Notes: generated from the letters alone by a model not told the origin. 64,000 nt of DNA from an uncultured Gammaproteobacteria bacterium (GCA_963753105.1 CAVWBD010000011.1:11802-75801), one strand, 5' to 3'. Shown: positions 43,701-53,962, counted from the stretch's first letter. Made by a program: numbers and translations.

Positions 43701-45989
43701 TCAGGGAACGACAATTCCGGATTTATCCCCTTGGTGGAGAAGTTCACGCTGATCGTTCAGTTTCTGCTCGATATTGTTGACCATTGCGAGGTATCTGGGG
43801 TGTTTTCGGATTGGCCCCCACCAAGGTAGCTTCTCATCTTTCCACCATTTCGAAATGTGCCCGTGCGCAACTCGTTGTTCATAAAAATCCAACGCCTCTT
43901 CAAATGACCCCGCCACCAGGTAACACCACCCCAGCCCTGGCCAACGATAAGTGTCCTGCACCAGTCCAGGTAAAGTGTTTTCATAGAAAAGTATGGCTTG
44001 ACTTAACAACTCCCGGCCCTGGGCCTCCTTTCCAACAGCCATCAAGATACCCGCATAATTGCAGGCATTGAGTTTGTCTTCCCTGTGATTGTTCAGGCTG
44101 ATCAAGCGTTGCCACTGGTCTGGATCATCCCAGTCGGGTTCGGAATTCAACCAGAACTCACGGGCCTTTTGAAGGTCTCCACTCAGGATGTATGAGTTAG
44201 CTTTCCATGCGAGCGCCCACCACTTATCAGTCGCTTCTACTGGCAGTGCGTCAAGAGCAGAAGGCAATTCTCCCAACTTCCCTTGTTCCAGCTTAATAGA
44301 GTAATCTAACCAGACAAATCTCCAGTCTGCAGGGTCCAGGTGCGCATCCATGGTTTTACGGATGTCCGTGATAGATTTAAATTCACCCAGGCTTAAATAC
44401 GCTTTGGCCAGATCCCACATGTAATCCCCATTCCCGGGATCTCGTTGCAGGGCCTCGCGGTACCATGAAATACTCATGGCCAGACGGCCATGACTCCGAT
44501 GAAGTTCCCCGAAAGCGGCATAGGTGGGGGCGTAGTCGGGATCAATTTTCAGCAAATAGTTGTACTGCTCCATAGCTTCGCTACTACGCCCCAAACCTCG
44601 AAGTGCGTGCCCAATAAGGAGCTTTCTGGCTGATGATAGCGGATCAAGCTGGGCAGCCATGTAGTACCAGGCCAATCTTTTATCCAGGTATGCTGGTCCC
44701 TGGCCCGCCAGTAAGCCGGCACACCATCCGTAAGCCTCCGCGTAGTTGGGGCTAAGCTCGATGGACCGGGCGCAAGCTGCCTCCTCCTCCTGGCGACTTC
44801 CCATTTCAAAATAAAGCTGAGCGAGAGAGAGGTATGCCTCCCCAAGCTGATCATCCAGTTCAAGAGCTTTTTCAATTGCCTGTTTACGGGTTTCAAATGC
44901 TTCTGGAGAATAATTTGCTCCACGGTATCTCAGTAAAAAAGAGCTATCCGCTATTCCCACCCAGGCCAGCGCAAATCCGGGATCGATAGTAACAGCCTGT
45001 TCAAATGCCTGAAGCGCCTGTTTTAGCTCCTTTGTACCGGGGGTAACCATCAGCTGGCGACCGTGCAAATAAAAGTCATATGCATCAAGGCTCCAAGTCG
45101 GCGTGTCAAAAAAATGTGATTCATCTCCAGGCGACAGTCGCTCATGCAGTGCCTCAACAACCCTGGACGAAATATCACTCTGGATGGCAAACAGGTTTTC
45201 AACCGTCAACTCGCGGTCATAGGTCTCGGACCACATGGGAGAACTATCAGTGGCGCTGATTAATTGGGCAGTGACACGCACCTGGGTACCTGCCTTACGC
45301 ACTGAGCCCTCAAGGATGTGACTCACGTTGAGTTCATGTGCCACCTCGGTGATTTTTACATCTTTACGCTTGTACGCAAATGACGAAGTACGGGCGATTA
45401 CCCGCAATTTTGGAGTTTTTGCCAACGCGTTGAGCAACTCTTCGGACAACCCGTCGGCAAAGTATTCCTGGTCCCCGCCCTCGCTCATGTCGGCAAACGG
45501 CAGGACCGCAATGGATGGGATGCTGCTGGGGACAACAACCACGGTATCGCGGGGTGGGCCGAAATACCAATACATTACCGCGGCAAGCATGACAGCAACG
45601 ATGGTGATCAGGGTTGTGCGAATTATTGTCTTCTTTGGGCCTGGTCGTTCGTCTGAATCTGTCTGCGGTTCAGACAGAGCCATGACCGGCGGAACCAGAC
45701 AGAACCCGACCTTTGGTATGGTCCTGATGATTTTCGCGTCATGGGCCGAATCGCCGAATGCCTTGCGCAGTTCCACCACGCATTGGGTCAGCGCATCATC
45801 AGTTACGATGACGCCGGGCCACACGGCCTCGAACAACTCATCACGTGTAATCACCTCACCACCGGCTGCGGCGAGGCATTCCAGTACTGCCATTGGCTTG
45901 GGCTGGATATGAACGATTTCGTCACCGCGCTCGATACAATCGCTGCGCGGTCTGATGATCCAATCTTCAAGACGAAAATCAGCTCGCAT
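43701..45989 (-). CDS. membrane-anchored ToxR/CadC-like winged-helix regulator with TolB-N-like and TPR sensor domains (paralog 2)
   Basis: Same architecture as 37778..40033. The DNA-binding head is nearly identical in sequence (MRADFRLEDWIIRP...LECLAAAGGEVITRDELFEAVWPGVIVTDDALTQCVVELRKAFGD). Lies 68 nt upstream of the TonB-dependent receptor gene. Confidence 0.85.
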   Translation of the reverse strand: MRADFRLEDWIIRPRSDCIERGDEIVHIQPKPMAVLECLAAAGGEVITRDELFEAVWPGVIVTDDALTQCVVELRKAFGDSAHDAKIIRTIPKVGFCLVPPVMALSEPQTDSDERPGPKKTIIRTTLITIVAVMLAAVMYWYFGPPRDTVVVVPSSIPSIAVLPFADMSEGGDQEYFADGLSEELLNALAKTPKLRVIARTSSFAYKRKDVKITEVAHELNVSHILEGSVRKAGTQVRVTAQLISATDSSPMWSETYDRELTVENLFAIQSDISSRVVEALHERLSPGDESHFFDTPTWSLDAYDFYLHGRQLMVTPGTKELKQALQAFEQAVTIDPGFALAWVGIADSSFLLRYRGANYSPEAFETRKQAIEKALELDDQLGEAYLSLAQLYFEMGSRQEEEAACARSIELSPNYAEAYGWCAGLLAGQGPAYLDKRLAWYYMAAQLDPLSSARKLLIGHALRGLGRSSEAMEQYNYLLKIDPDYAPTYAAFGELHRSHGRLAMSISWYREALQRDPGNGDYMWDLAKAYLSLGEFKSITDIRKTMDAHLDPADWRFVWLDYSIKLEQGKLGELPSALDALPVEATDKWWALAWKANSYILSGDLQKAREFWLNSEPDWDDPDQWQRLISLNNHREDKLNACNYAGILMAVGKEAQGRELLSQAILFYENTLPGLVQDTYRWPGLGWCYLVAGSFEEALDFYEQRVAHGHISKWWKDEKLPWWGPIRKHPRYLAMVNNIEQKLNDQRELLHQGDKSGIVVP

Positions 45990-46202
45990 TTTTGGCTGGT
46001 CCGGTCAATAGGTAAATGACCCGATCACCCATTCTAGCAAAAATCCTTTCCAGACAAGGTCTTAATCAGCAGCTCGTGGTTTGCTCGCAACAAATTCGGC
46101 TTTGCCTCGGTTTTTTGATTGAGTCGAATACTAAGCTTCAAGGGTCGAAATTGTCTGCCTTTGACAGGGCTTAACGCGATTTTATCTACGGGAGAAAACC
46201 TG

Positions 46203-46679
46203 ATGAAGAAATTCATGACAATCCTCGGAACAGTTGTACTTATGCTCTTTGCGGGTACTGCAGTTGGAGAAGTGGTGATCAAGGAAGAGCCATTGGAGTG
46301 GCAGGATGTCGCCAATCTGGATGGCGACGAACTTTATGGTAATCTCTGCGCCGTTTGCCACGGAGCAACTGGCAAAGGTGATGGACAAGCTGTCAGCGCA
46401 ATGGAAAAAGGCGTACCTGATTTGACTGTCCTTGCTATCAGCAATGATGGTGTGTACCCCAACAGGCACATAGAAAATGTGATCTTTGGCAGGTTCCGGG
46501 TTGTTGAACACGGAACTATCGATATGCCTGCCTGGGGAGAGCAGTTTGAGTATGTACATCCTGGCTGGAGCACATTTCCACGTACAGCCTATGCAAAGGA
46601 ACGGGTTCGTAGCCTGGGCGCCTATATCGAGAGCCTCCAGATTGATTTAGCTGATGGGAACAGGTTAGCTACCAAGTAA
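46203..46679 (+). CDS. periplasmic monoheme c-type cytochrome
   Basis: Signal peptide (MKKFMTILGTVVLMLFAGTAVG), a single CAVCH heme motif and a distal Met candidate (IDMPAWG). Start set at ATG 46203. Confidence 0.8.
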   Translation: MKKFMTILGTVVLMLFAGTAVGEVVIKEEPLEWQDVANLDGDELYGNLCAVCHGATGKGDGQAVSAMEKGVPDLTVLAISNDGVYPNRHIENVIFGRFRVVEHGTIDMPAWGEQFEYVHPGWSTFPRTAYAKERVRSLGAYIESLQIDLADGNRLATK

Positions 46680-46712
46680 ATACCGGGTGCTGCGACACCA
46701 TGAAGATAATTG

Positions 46713-46745
46713 AAGGGCCGTCAGTTTCTGACGGCCCTTTATCGT
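46713..46745. terminator. hairpin terminator between convergent genes
   Basis: AAGGGCCGTCAG-TTT-CTGACGGCCCTT, followed by TATCGTT on the + strand. Confidence 0.6.
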
Positions 46746-46820
46746 TCTCGAATGTCTGCAACTGGCCGCTGCAGAGCCCGGACTTAGGTGGGCTTTGTGT
46801 ATTTATGCCCTATAGCGCAT

Positions 46821-47186
46821 TCAGCCTTTCAGTTTCGCTTCAAGGTGGCTCATAAGTTCACCCATTTGGTCACTTGGGCTAAACTCAATTGCCTCGTAAT
46901 CCTCGTCAACTCTAACCGTGTGTCCTGGCGGCCAGTAGTAAACCTCGCCGGCGCTTACTGTTTCTTCAGCGCCGTCCGCATAGGTCACATGAATGGAACC
47001 CTTAACCACAGTTCCCCAGTGCGGGCACTGGCATAGATTGTCCGGCAATCCCTCTAGTAGCGGAGTGGCGTCTGCACCGGCAGGGAACCGGACGCGCGCG
47101 ACGTTAATACCACCCCAATCCTGGCCCTGAAAGCAAACGCCGCCAGCTTCGATTCGAGTAGGTAGTTCGTTTCTTGATTTCTTCAT
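46821..47186 (-). CDS. cupin domain protein
   Basis: 121 aa. The beta-barrel pattern ...H.H......G........G....V.AG....P.G..H resembles a small cupin. Confidence 0.65.
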   Translation of the reverse strand: MKKSRNELPTRIEAGGVCFQGQDWGGINVARVRFPAGADATPLLEGLPDNLCQCPHWGTVVKGSIHVTYADGAEETVSAGEVYYWPPGHTVRVDEDYEAIEFSPSDQMGELMSHLEAKLKG

Positions 47187-47398
47187 GAGTATTCCTTTTT
47201 TGTATGTTCTGGCAGGTACCCTGCCGTTGGGAAACGACCGCTGCAGGTCAAAATCAGTAATTAGATTCAGTCTAGTCCAAGGTGACCGAAATTTCTGCTG
47301 TTGGCCGATTGCTGCGTATGAAACAGGCTAAATTTCTATAGTAGAAGTGGCTGCTTTCAGCCGGTAAGTGGAATCGAAAATGACTGGGAGTAGTGCTG

Positions 47399-48958
47399 TT
47401 ACCCGGCCCCGGTCATGATGGTGGCCCATTCCGGGAAACTGTGTACGTCGATATTGAACACCACGGTACCCCAGAAATAGGTCACCAGGGTGGTGACGAT
47501 GACACCCACCAGGTTCAGCAGGAAGCCGGTTTTGACCATGTCTTTGACGTGCAGCCTGCCGGTTCCAAAAATGATCGCATTGGGTGGTGTAGCCACGGGC
47601 AGCATGAAGGCCAATGAGGCGGCCAGGGTTGCCGGGACCATCAGTAACAGCGGATTGATCTCGATGCTCACAGCCATACCCGCGACGATCGGCAGGATCA
47701 TCTCGGTGCTGGCGGTATTGGATGTCAGTTCGGTCAAAAATGACATCAGCGTGGCGATGGCCGAGGTCAAAATCATCGGGTGTGTGCCGGCCAGACCCGA
47801 TAACTGTTCCCCAAACCAGACCGACAGGCCCGATTCAACGAAGCCCTTGGCCAGCGCAAACCCGCCACCAAACAACAGCACGATATGCCAGGGCAAGCGC
47901 TTGGCCGTTTCCCAGTTCATCAAACGCTCGCCCCTGGTGGTGGGGGAGGGTATGACAAAAAGGATAATGGCGATCAGGATGGCCACGGTGCCATCGTTGA
48001 TATACGCCGGGTGGCTGAACAGGGCGGACCAGCCGGGGATGCTGACCACGCCGATATTGAAGCCGGACCTGAAGATCCACAGCAGGGCCATCAGGATGAA
48101 CAATACGAATACGATCTTTTCCTCGGGCCTGGCCGGTCCGAGTAGTTGGTATTCCTTTCTGAATTCCTTGCGGTTGACGCCATCCCAGGCATGCCGCGGC
48201 CGGTACATCACGAAGAGCAGCAACCACGCGGCGATGAACATCAGGATGGTGATCCAGATGGCGAAAATCAGCCAGTCCGCAAACGAGATCTCCGGCATGG
48301 ATGGAAAGATGATATTCGCGATTCGCGCGAAGGACAGGTTGGGTGGTGTGCCAACCAGCGTGGCGATACCGCCGATGGACGCCGAGTAGGCGATACCCAG
48401 CAACAGGCCGATCGAATAAGTGCCCAGTTTCGGCTTGCCGAGGATTTCCTCGAGCTTGTAGATGATCGACATGGCGATCGGAATCATCATCATCGTGGTC
48501 GCGGTGTTGGACATCCACATGGATAAAAAGGCCGAGGCAAACATAAACCCCATCAGTATCCGGCCCGGGCTGATACCGAAGAACATCAGCACCTTGATCG
48601 CGATACGCCGGTGCAGGTCCCAGCGCTCCATCGCCAGCGCCATCAGGAAACCACCGATGAACAGGAAAATCAGGTGGTTGAAATACATGGCCGAGATGGT
48701 CTTGCCATCCACCACACCAAGTAATGGGAACAGCACCACGGGCAACAGCGCGGTGACGGCCAGTGGCACCGCTTCGGTGATCCACCAGATCGCCATCAGG
48801 ATGGCGATGGCCAAGGTGTAGGTGATTTCGGGTTTGCCGGGCTCCAGGTCACCGAACAGTACTAGCAGGGCACTGATCAGTGGAGCGATGACCAGCATGG
48901 CCAGCCTCAGTTTCGAGTTTTCACTGATTTTGCGCACGGCTCCTCTTTCTTGTTCCAT
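47399..48958 (-). CDS. DASS/SLC13 family sodium-coupled anion (di/tricarboxylate or sulfate) symporter
   Basis: 519-aa polytopic protein. AIWWITEAVPLAVTALLPVVLFPLLGV and the C-terminal repeat ...LPVATPPNAIIFG... are typical SLC13/DASS hairpin motifs. Confidence 0.85.
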   Translation of the reverse strand: MEQERGAVRKISENSKLRLAMLVIAPLISALLVLFGDLEPGKPEITYTLAIAILMAIWWITEAVPLAVTALLPVVLFPLLGVVDGKTISAMYFNHLIFLFIGGFLMALAMERWDLHRRIAIKVLMFFGISPGRILMGFMFASAFLSMWMSNTATTMMMIPIAMSIIYKLEEILGKPKLGTYSIGLLLGIAYSASIGGIATLVGTPPNLSFARIANIIFPSMPEISFADWLIFAIWITILMFIAAWLLLFVMYRPRHAWDGVNRKEFRKEYQLLGPARPEEKIVFVLFILMALLWIFRSGFNIGVVSIPGWSALFSHPAYINDGTVAILIAIILFVIPSPTTRGERLMNWETAKRLPWHIVLLFGGGFALAKGFVESGLSVWFGEQLSGLAGTHPMILTSAIATLMSFLTELTSNTASTEMILPIVAGMAVSIEINPLLLMVPATLAASLAFMLPVATPPNAIIFGTGRLHVKDMVKTGFLLNLVGVIVTTLVTYFWGTVVFNIDVHSFPEWATIMTGAG

Positions 48959-49079
48959 TGATGGCCTGGCAAGCGTTTACTTTAGCAGCAATTGCGGCGC
49001 CATGAGTATAAAATAGGTCACGCTCGGTTCGTATGCGTTACGCCGCAGTTTTAAGAACAACAACACCCTGGAGAGCCTC

Positions 49080-51065
49080 ATGAAAAAGCGTCTCATCCTC
49101 GCGGCCATCCTGTCTCTGGTATTGGCCCCGTCGCTAGTATTTTCCGAAGTAACAACCACCGTAACCAACAATGGCAACCTGGTCATGCAGGACATACCGG
49201 AAATACCTGATTCCCTTGTCGCCAACCTGAATCGTTACCAGAATGTGCGTTCTGCCGGTTTCCTGGATTGGAGTGAAGACGGCAGCGGGATTTTTATCAG
49301 GACGCGTTTTGGCGATGTAAGCCAGGTGCATTATGTTGATCATCCCGGTGGCGCGCGTCAGCAGATTACCTTCTTCGATGAACCCGTCGGTGGGGTTCAG
49401 CGCCAGCCCGGTGGTTCAAAGATGGTCTTCACGATGGATGCTGGTGGCAGTGAATTTTCGCAGATCTTTTTACTGGATCCGGCCGGTGTTGATGACGCCA
49501 TGATGCTGACCGATGGAAAGTCACGTAATGACTCGGTGACCTGGGATCGTACCGGTGAGTGGATTGCTTATCGCAGTACCCGCCGTAACGGCGCTTCCAA
49601 TGATGTTTGGATGATGGAAGTGTCAAACCCGGAAACTGCAAACATGGTATTTCAGTCTCCGGATGGCACGCACTGGAGTGCAAGTGATTTCTCAGAAAAG
49701 AATCGTAAATTATTGATTGGTAACTATGTTGGTAATGCAGATTCTCGAATTCACTTGCTGGATATCGAGTCAGGTGTGATGCGCCTGCTGGCAGGTGATC
49801 CGGAAAACCCCAGTTCGAATTTTCCGATAGCTTTCGACCGTGAGGGTACCGGGTTTTGGTTTGTTACCGATGTCACAGGTGATTTCAGGCAACTGGCTTG
49901 GCAGTCACTTGAGGAAGGCGCCGAACCCATTTTCCTGACAGCTGACATTCCCTGGAACGTGGGAGGGGTTGCCATCAGTGACGACCGCACACGGGCTGCG
50001 TTCTCGATGAACGTGGAAGGCTTGTCAAAGATATACCTGCTGGACTTGCTCAGCCGCGAGTTCGTACCAGTTGACAATATCCCGGTCGGACTGGGCGGCG
50101 GCCTGGAGTTCAGCCCCGATGGACGCAAACTGGGCATGACGCTGAACACGTCAAAGACACCGAGTGACAGTTTTGTTTTGGAACTGGGTGAAGGCGCACT
50201 CGAATACGGTGATCTGATCCGCTGGACCTACTCCGAAGTGGGTGGCCTGGACACGGACAGCTTTATCGAGCCGGAACTGGTCCATTACCCGACCTTCGAC
50301 AGCGACGACGGTGGTCCGAAGACCATACCCGCATGGGTATATAGACCGGCAGGTGAGGGTCCCCACCCGGTGATCATCAATATCCACGGCGGTCCGGAAG
50401 GCCAGGCGCGGCCGTCTTTCAGCAGCACCTACCAGATGTGGCTGAACAAGCTCGGTGCAGTCATCATACGGCCCAACGTGCGCGGCTCGTCCGGTTATGG
50501 CAAGCACTACATGTCACTGGACAATGGTTTCAAACGCGAGGATTCGGTCAAGGATATCGGCGCCCTGCTGGATTGGATCGCCACGCAACCTGATCTGGAC
50601 AAGAACCGTGTGGCGGTTTATGGCGGCAGTTACGGCGGTTACATGGTGCTGGCGAGCGCTGTGCACTACAGTGACCGGCTGGCAGCTGCCGTGGACGTGG
50701 TGGGTATCAGCAACTTTGTTACTTTCCTGGAAAACACACAGGATTACCGCCGTGACCTCAGGCGTGCTGAGTATGGAGATGAACGCCAACCTGCCATGCG
50801 TGAGCACCTGCAAGGCATCAGCCCGTTGACCCACGTGGACAAGATCACGATACCGATGTTCGTTATACAGGGCCAGAACGACCCGCGGGTACCGGTTACC
50901 GAGGCCATCCAGGTGGTGGATGCCCTGCGCGCAAACGGACATTCAGTCTGGTATATGAATGCCATGAATGAAGGTCATGGCTATCGCAAGAAGGAAAACC
51001 GCGATGTGTACAGCCAGGCTGCTGTGATGTTCCTGCAGAAGTACCTGGTTGGCGCCACGAAGTAG
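49080..51065 (+). CDS. S9 family serine peptidase (beta-propeller plus alpha/beta-hydrolase)
   Basis: Signal peptide, TolB-like propeller region, catalytic GGSYGGYM, and downstream D (QGQNDPRVP) and H (EGHGY). Confidence 0.9.
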   Translation: MKKRLILAAILSLVLAPSLVFSEVTTTVTNNGNLVMQDIPEIPDSLVANLNRYQNVRSAGFLDWSEDGSGIFIRTRFGDVSQVHYVDHPGGARQQITFFDEPVGGVQRQPGGSKMVFTMDAGGSEFSQIFLLDPAGVDDAMMLTDGKSRNDSVTWDRTGEWIAYRSTRRNGASNDVWMMEVSNPETANMVFQSPDGTHWSASDFSEKNRKLLIGNYVGNADSRIHLLDIESGVMRLLAGDPENPSSNFPIAFDREGTGFWFVTDVTGDFRQLAWQSLEEGAEPIFLTADIPWNVGGVAISDDRTRAAFSMNVEGLSKIYLLDLLSREFVPVDNIPVGLGGGLEFSPDGRKLGMTLNTSKTPSDSFVLELGEGALEYGDLIRWTYSEVGGLDTDSFIEPELVHYPTFDSDDGGPKTIPAWVYRPAGEGPHPVIINIHGGPEGQARPSFSSTYQMWLNKLGAVIIRPNVRGSSGYGKHYMSLDNGFKREDSVKDIGALLDWIATQPDLDKNRVAVYGGSYGGYMVLASAVHYSDRLAAAVDVVGISNFVTFLENTQDYRRDLRRAEYGDERQPAMREHLQGISPLTHVDKITIPMFVIQGQNDPRVPVTEAIQVVDALRANGHSVWYMNAMNEGHGYRKKENRDVYSQAAVMFLQKYLVGATK

Positions 51066-51078
51066 AAAAGTGCAAGGA

Positions 51079-51867
51079 TCAGGGCTGGAACGTCTGGCCC
51101 TGATCCTGTAACAATCCAATAATATCCAGGGGGGTCTCAACCACCAAATCCGGTTGTTCGCGCCATCTGTCTGGTTGTGCACCGCTGTGGGTGATGATCA
51201 CGGAAACCACGCTGCCTGAAGGCCCCAGGCGCTCATTCAGGCTGCGGGCAAACAATACGTCGGCGACATGGTCTCCGACATAGAGCACGGTTTTCCCCGT
51301 GGGGTCGCCAAATATCTCCTGCATACACCTGAATCCACCGTCTGGCTCGGGCTTTTGGTGATGATCCGGCAGGCTCTCGTAACCGACCACGGAGCGGAAG
51401 TAAGGGTCGATGCCGTTGTTGGCAATCACCTGCAGGATTTGCCGGGTGGCGTTGGCCGAACAAATTCCCTGTGGCAGGGGATGCAGGCGGATGACGCTTT
51501 CCCGGATACCGTCAAACAAATTGACCGGGGTTCGGTCAAGCATTTGGTATGACTCCCATAACGGACCCGCTGTTTCTATTTCATCCGCGTCCATGCCGAA
51601 GTAGTCACGGTACAGTTCACGCCAGTCAACCACGTTATGTATGGCTTCGTGGTAAAGGGTTTCGTCCTGCAGGCAGCGGGGCAGCTTGTCTCCGGTCAAA
51701 CGTGGCACCACCTGCGCCAGGATCTGCTTGCTGATGGCGATGTTCTTGGCGGCGGTGTCGGCCAGCGTGCCGTCAAAGTCCCACAGGACTGCATCGATGT
51801 TGTTAGTTTTTATGATTTGGGTCATATGTTGGGCAAGTGTCGCACAGATTTGCTCGGTTGTGACCAT
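51079..51867 (-). CDS. HAD-superfamily hydrolase (phosphoglycolate phosphatase-like)
   Basis: Motif I DFDGTLADT and motif IV YVGDHVADV. Confidence 0.8.
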   Translation of the reverse strand: MVTTEQICATLAQHMTQIIKTNNIDAVLWDFDGTLADTAAKNIAISKQILAQVVPRLTGDKLPRCLQDETLYHEAIHNVVDWRELYRDYFGMDADEIETAGPLWESYQMLDRTPVNLFDGIRESVIRLHPLPQGICSANATRQILQVIANNGIDPYFRSVVGYESLPDHHQKPEPDGGFRCMQEIFGDPTGKTVLYVGDHVADVLFARSLNERLGPSGSVVSVIITHSGAQPDRWREQPDLVVETPLDIIGLLQDQGQTFQP

Positions 51868-51981
51868 CGCAAGGTGTATATTACAAACTTCTAATAACCG
51901 GCCGGGACAGGATTGTTGACCCGGCCTTAAAATGGCGCAGGTTTATTTCCGGAACCTGTACCAGTCGAGGAGAAATACAAA

Positions 51982-52881
51982 ATGAAGTTCTTAACTTCCC
52001 TGGCACTCCTGCTGCTTTCCGGCACCGTTGTTGCCGCAGAGGATTCCCAATACAAGCCATTTGTACTTGCCTCCAGTGGTCCCGGGACCCTGGATGAGCA
52101 GACCGTGGCGACCCTTGCCGCACTGGAAACCGCCGGGTTCGAAATTGCCGGCCAGTATTCGCCAGTTAATGGCAGCAACATTATCGTTGTCACCAGCGAT
52201 GACCTGAAACAGATCGCGGCCAATTCCGATCGTGGCGGCTACGGTGCGGGTCAGCGTGTCAGCGTTTCCGAAAATGACGGCAATATCGAAGTCGCCTTTG
52301 TTAACCCCGTCTATATCCAACACGCCTACCGTCTCGGTGATGACATGCAGCCGATTTCCGACGCCCTCGTCGAAGCACTGGGCAACACAGGTGAGTGCGG
52401 TGGCGGTGACAAGAAGATGACGGCCAAAAAACTTGCCAAGTACAACTACATGGTGGGTATGCAGAAGTTTGATGATCCATCCGAGTTGAATTCTTTTGAT
52501 TCGCATGAAGCAGCCGTTGCCGCGGTTGAAGCAGGGTTGGCCGTCGAAGGCGATGCGTTGAGCCAGGTTTACCGTATTGATATTCCCGGCAAAGAACAGA
52601 CGGTATTCGGTGTCGGCATGGTAAAGACCAACGAGGACGAGGAAGACATCGATTCGGAATTCCAGATGAGCATCGTGGATTTCGAGGGTTGCAACAAGAG
52701 CGCCTATTTCCCTTACGAAGTTTTGGTCAACGGCAACGAGGTCGAGGCCCTGCACATGCGTTTCCGCATGGCTGTGCATTTCCCCAACCTGAGCATGATG
52801 GGCTCGCACGGTTTCACCAAGCTGATTTCATCACCGGGTGCAATCGAGGATGCCCTGGAGGCGATGGTCGGGGCTGAATAA
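51982..52881 (+). CDS. secreted protein of unknown function
   Basis: 299-aa ORF with a clear signal peptide (MKFLTSLALLLLSGTVVAAE). No motif recognised. Confidence 0.6.
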   Translation: MKFLTSLALLLLSGTVVAAEDSQYKPFVLASSGPGTLDEQTVATLAALETAGFEIAGQYSPVNGSNIIVVTSDDLKQIAANSDRGGYGAGQRVSVSENDGNIEVAFVNPVYIQHAYRLGDDMQPISDALVEALGNTGECGGGDKKMTAKKLAKYNYMVGMQKFDDPSELNSFDSHEAAVAAVEAGLAVEGDALSQVYRIDIPGKEQTVFGVGMVKTNEDEEDIDSEFQMSIVDFEGCNKSAYFPYEVLVNGNEVEALHMRFRMAVHFPNLSMMGSHGFTKLISSPGAIEDALEAMVGAE

Positions 52882-52926
52882 CCCGACATAACCTGCCAGG
52901 TAACGGACGCTCCTGTCAATTTGGAG

Positions 52927-53003
52927 TGTAGGAGGGACCAGCTCTGCTGGTCGCGAAACAATCGCCACCGCAGCGGCTGCCGCCGCTGACGATGCCTCCT
53001 ACA
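52927..53003. repeat. GTAGGAG-type REP-like compound palindrome
   Basis: Outer inverted repeat TGTAGGAGG...CCTCCTACA encloses hairpins GACCAGC-tct-GCTGGTC (followed by GCGAA) and CAGCGGC-tgcc-GCCGCTG. Lies between convergent genes. Confidence 0.7.
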
Positions 53004-53011
53004 GGTTCCGC

Positions 53012-53627
53012 TTAGTAACTCGCTGTGCCCCAGTAATTAAACGCTGCCGGCTTCCAGCCGGGCAGGTACATGGTTTGCATATCGGCGGACCTGAAACCGG
53101 AGCGTTCCAGTAGCTCTGGCACCGGGCGGTTCAGGTTGCAGCCACCGGACACCATTTTCCAGGCCGGGTTCAGGCGGTTTTGCCAACGCCGGACGCTTTC
53201 ATCCGGGGCCTCGCCGTGTTCACAGAAAATCAGCCTGCCCCCGGGCTTCAGTACACGCTTGATATCGTGCAGGGCGGCGTGGGAATCAGGAATGGAACAC
53301 AGGGTGTAGGTCATCACCACCGTATCCGCGCTGTTGTCATCCAGCGGAATGTCCTCGGCGCCTGACTGGATGAATTCTGCATCCAGGTGATGTTCCCGGG
53401 CGTTTTTTCGTGCGATGGACCACAGCTCTGCGGACGGATCCAGGGCCCACAGGTGCGTGACACGGCCCGGGTCGTAGAGTGGAATATTCAGCCCGGTACC
53501 GATACCAACCTCCAGCACGCGCCCTGTTGCCAGCGGCACCACTTTTGCACGTTGCCGCATGCGTCGGTTTCTGGCTGCAGGCCAGGTGCACCAGTCTCGG
53601 CAGCAGGAATTTGTCGTAGAAACCCAT
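53012..53627 (-). pseudogene. class I SAM-dependent methyltransferase with one frame change near 53560
   Basis: The N-terminus MGFYDKFLLPRLVHLACSQKP (ORF 53337..53627) continues as MRQRAKVVPLATGRVLEVGIGTGLN... (ORF 53012..53560) in another frame. GxGxG SAM motif is present. Confidence 0.65.
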
Positions 53628-53755
53628 CTGGCTAGCCTATCATTTATGGGCCGTCCTGATTTGCCGGGTTGGATTATAATCGGTGATGTATGCTATGTAC
53701 GTAGCTTAAGGTTAACAACTGGTTTTTGGGCCAATCAAATAGCAAGGAGTTTGAA

Positions 53756-53962
53756 ATGAACGTTAATCGAGTAAGAAATACCGTCGCAGGTTTTTTTGTC
53801 CTGCTGTCCCTCGCGCTTGGCGTATCGGCCAGCCCGGTTTTCCACTCCGCTTACTGGCTGTGGTTCACCGTTTTTGTCGGTGCCAACCTGTTCCAGACCG
53901 GCCTGACAGGCTGGTGCCTGATGGATAAAATCCTGAAGAAATTAGGAGTTCCGGAAGCATAA
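53756..53962 (+). CDS. small inner-membrane protein (DUF2892/YgaP-like)
   Basis: 68 aa, two TM helices. ...GANLFQTGLTGWCLMDKILKKLG resembles the DUF2892 C-terminal motif. Confidence 0.65.
   Translation: MNVNRVRNTVAGFFVLLSLALGVSASPVFHSAYWLWFTVFVGANLFQTGLTGWCLMDKILKKLGVPEA

Noticed and set aside
47835-48785. 316-aa minus-strand ORF, in an alternative frame of the same strand as the DASS transporter gene, plus the + strand ORF 47490..48389
   Set aside because: Both overlap the well-supported 519-aa transporter ORF and translate to R/P/G/H-rich sequence without a TM pattern.
51991-52809. 272-aa ORF antisense to the 51982..52881 secreted-protein gene
   Set aside because: The plus-strand ORF has a proper signal peptide and a balanced composition. 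The antisense ORF lacks an RBS or any motif and has skewed composition.
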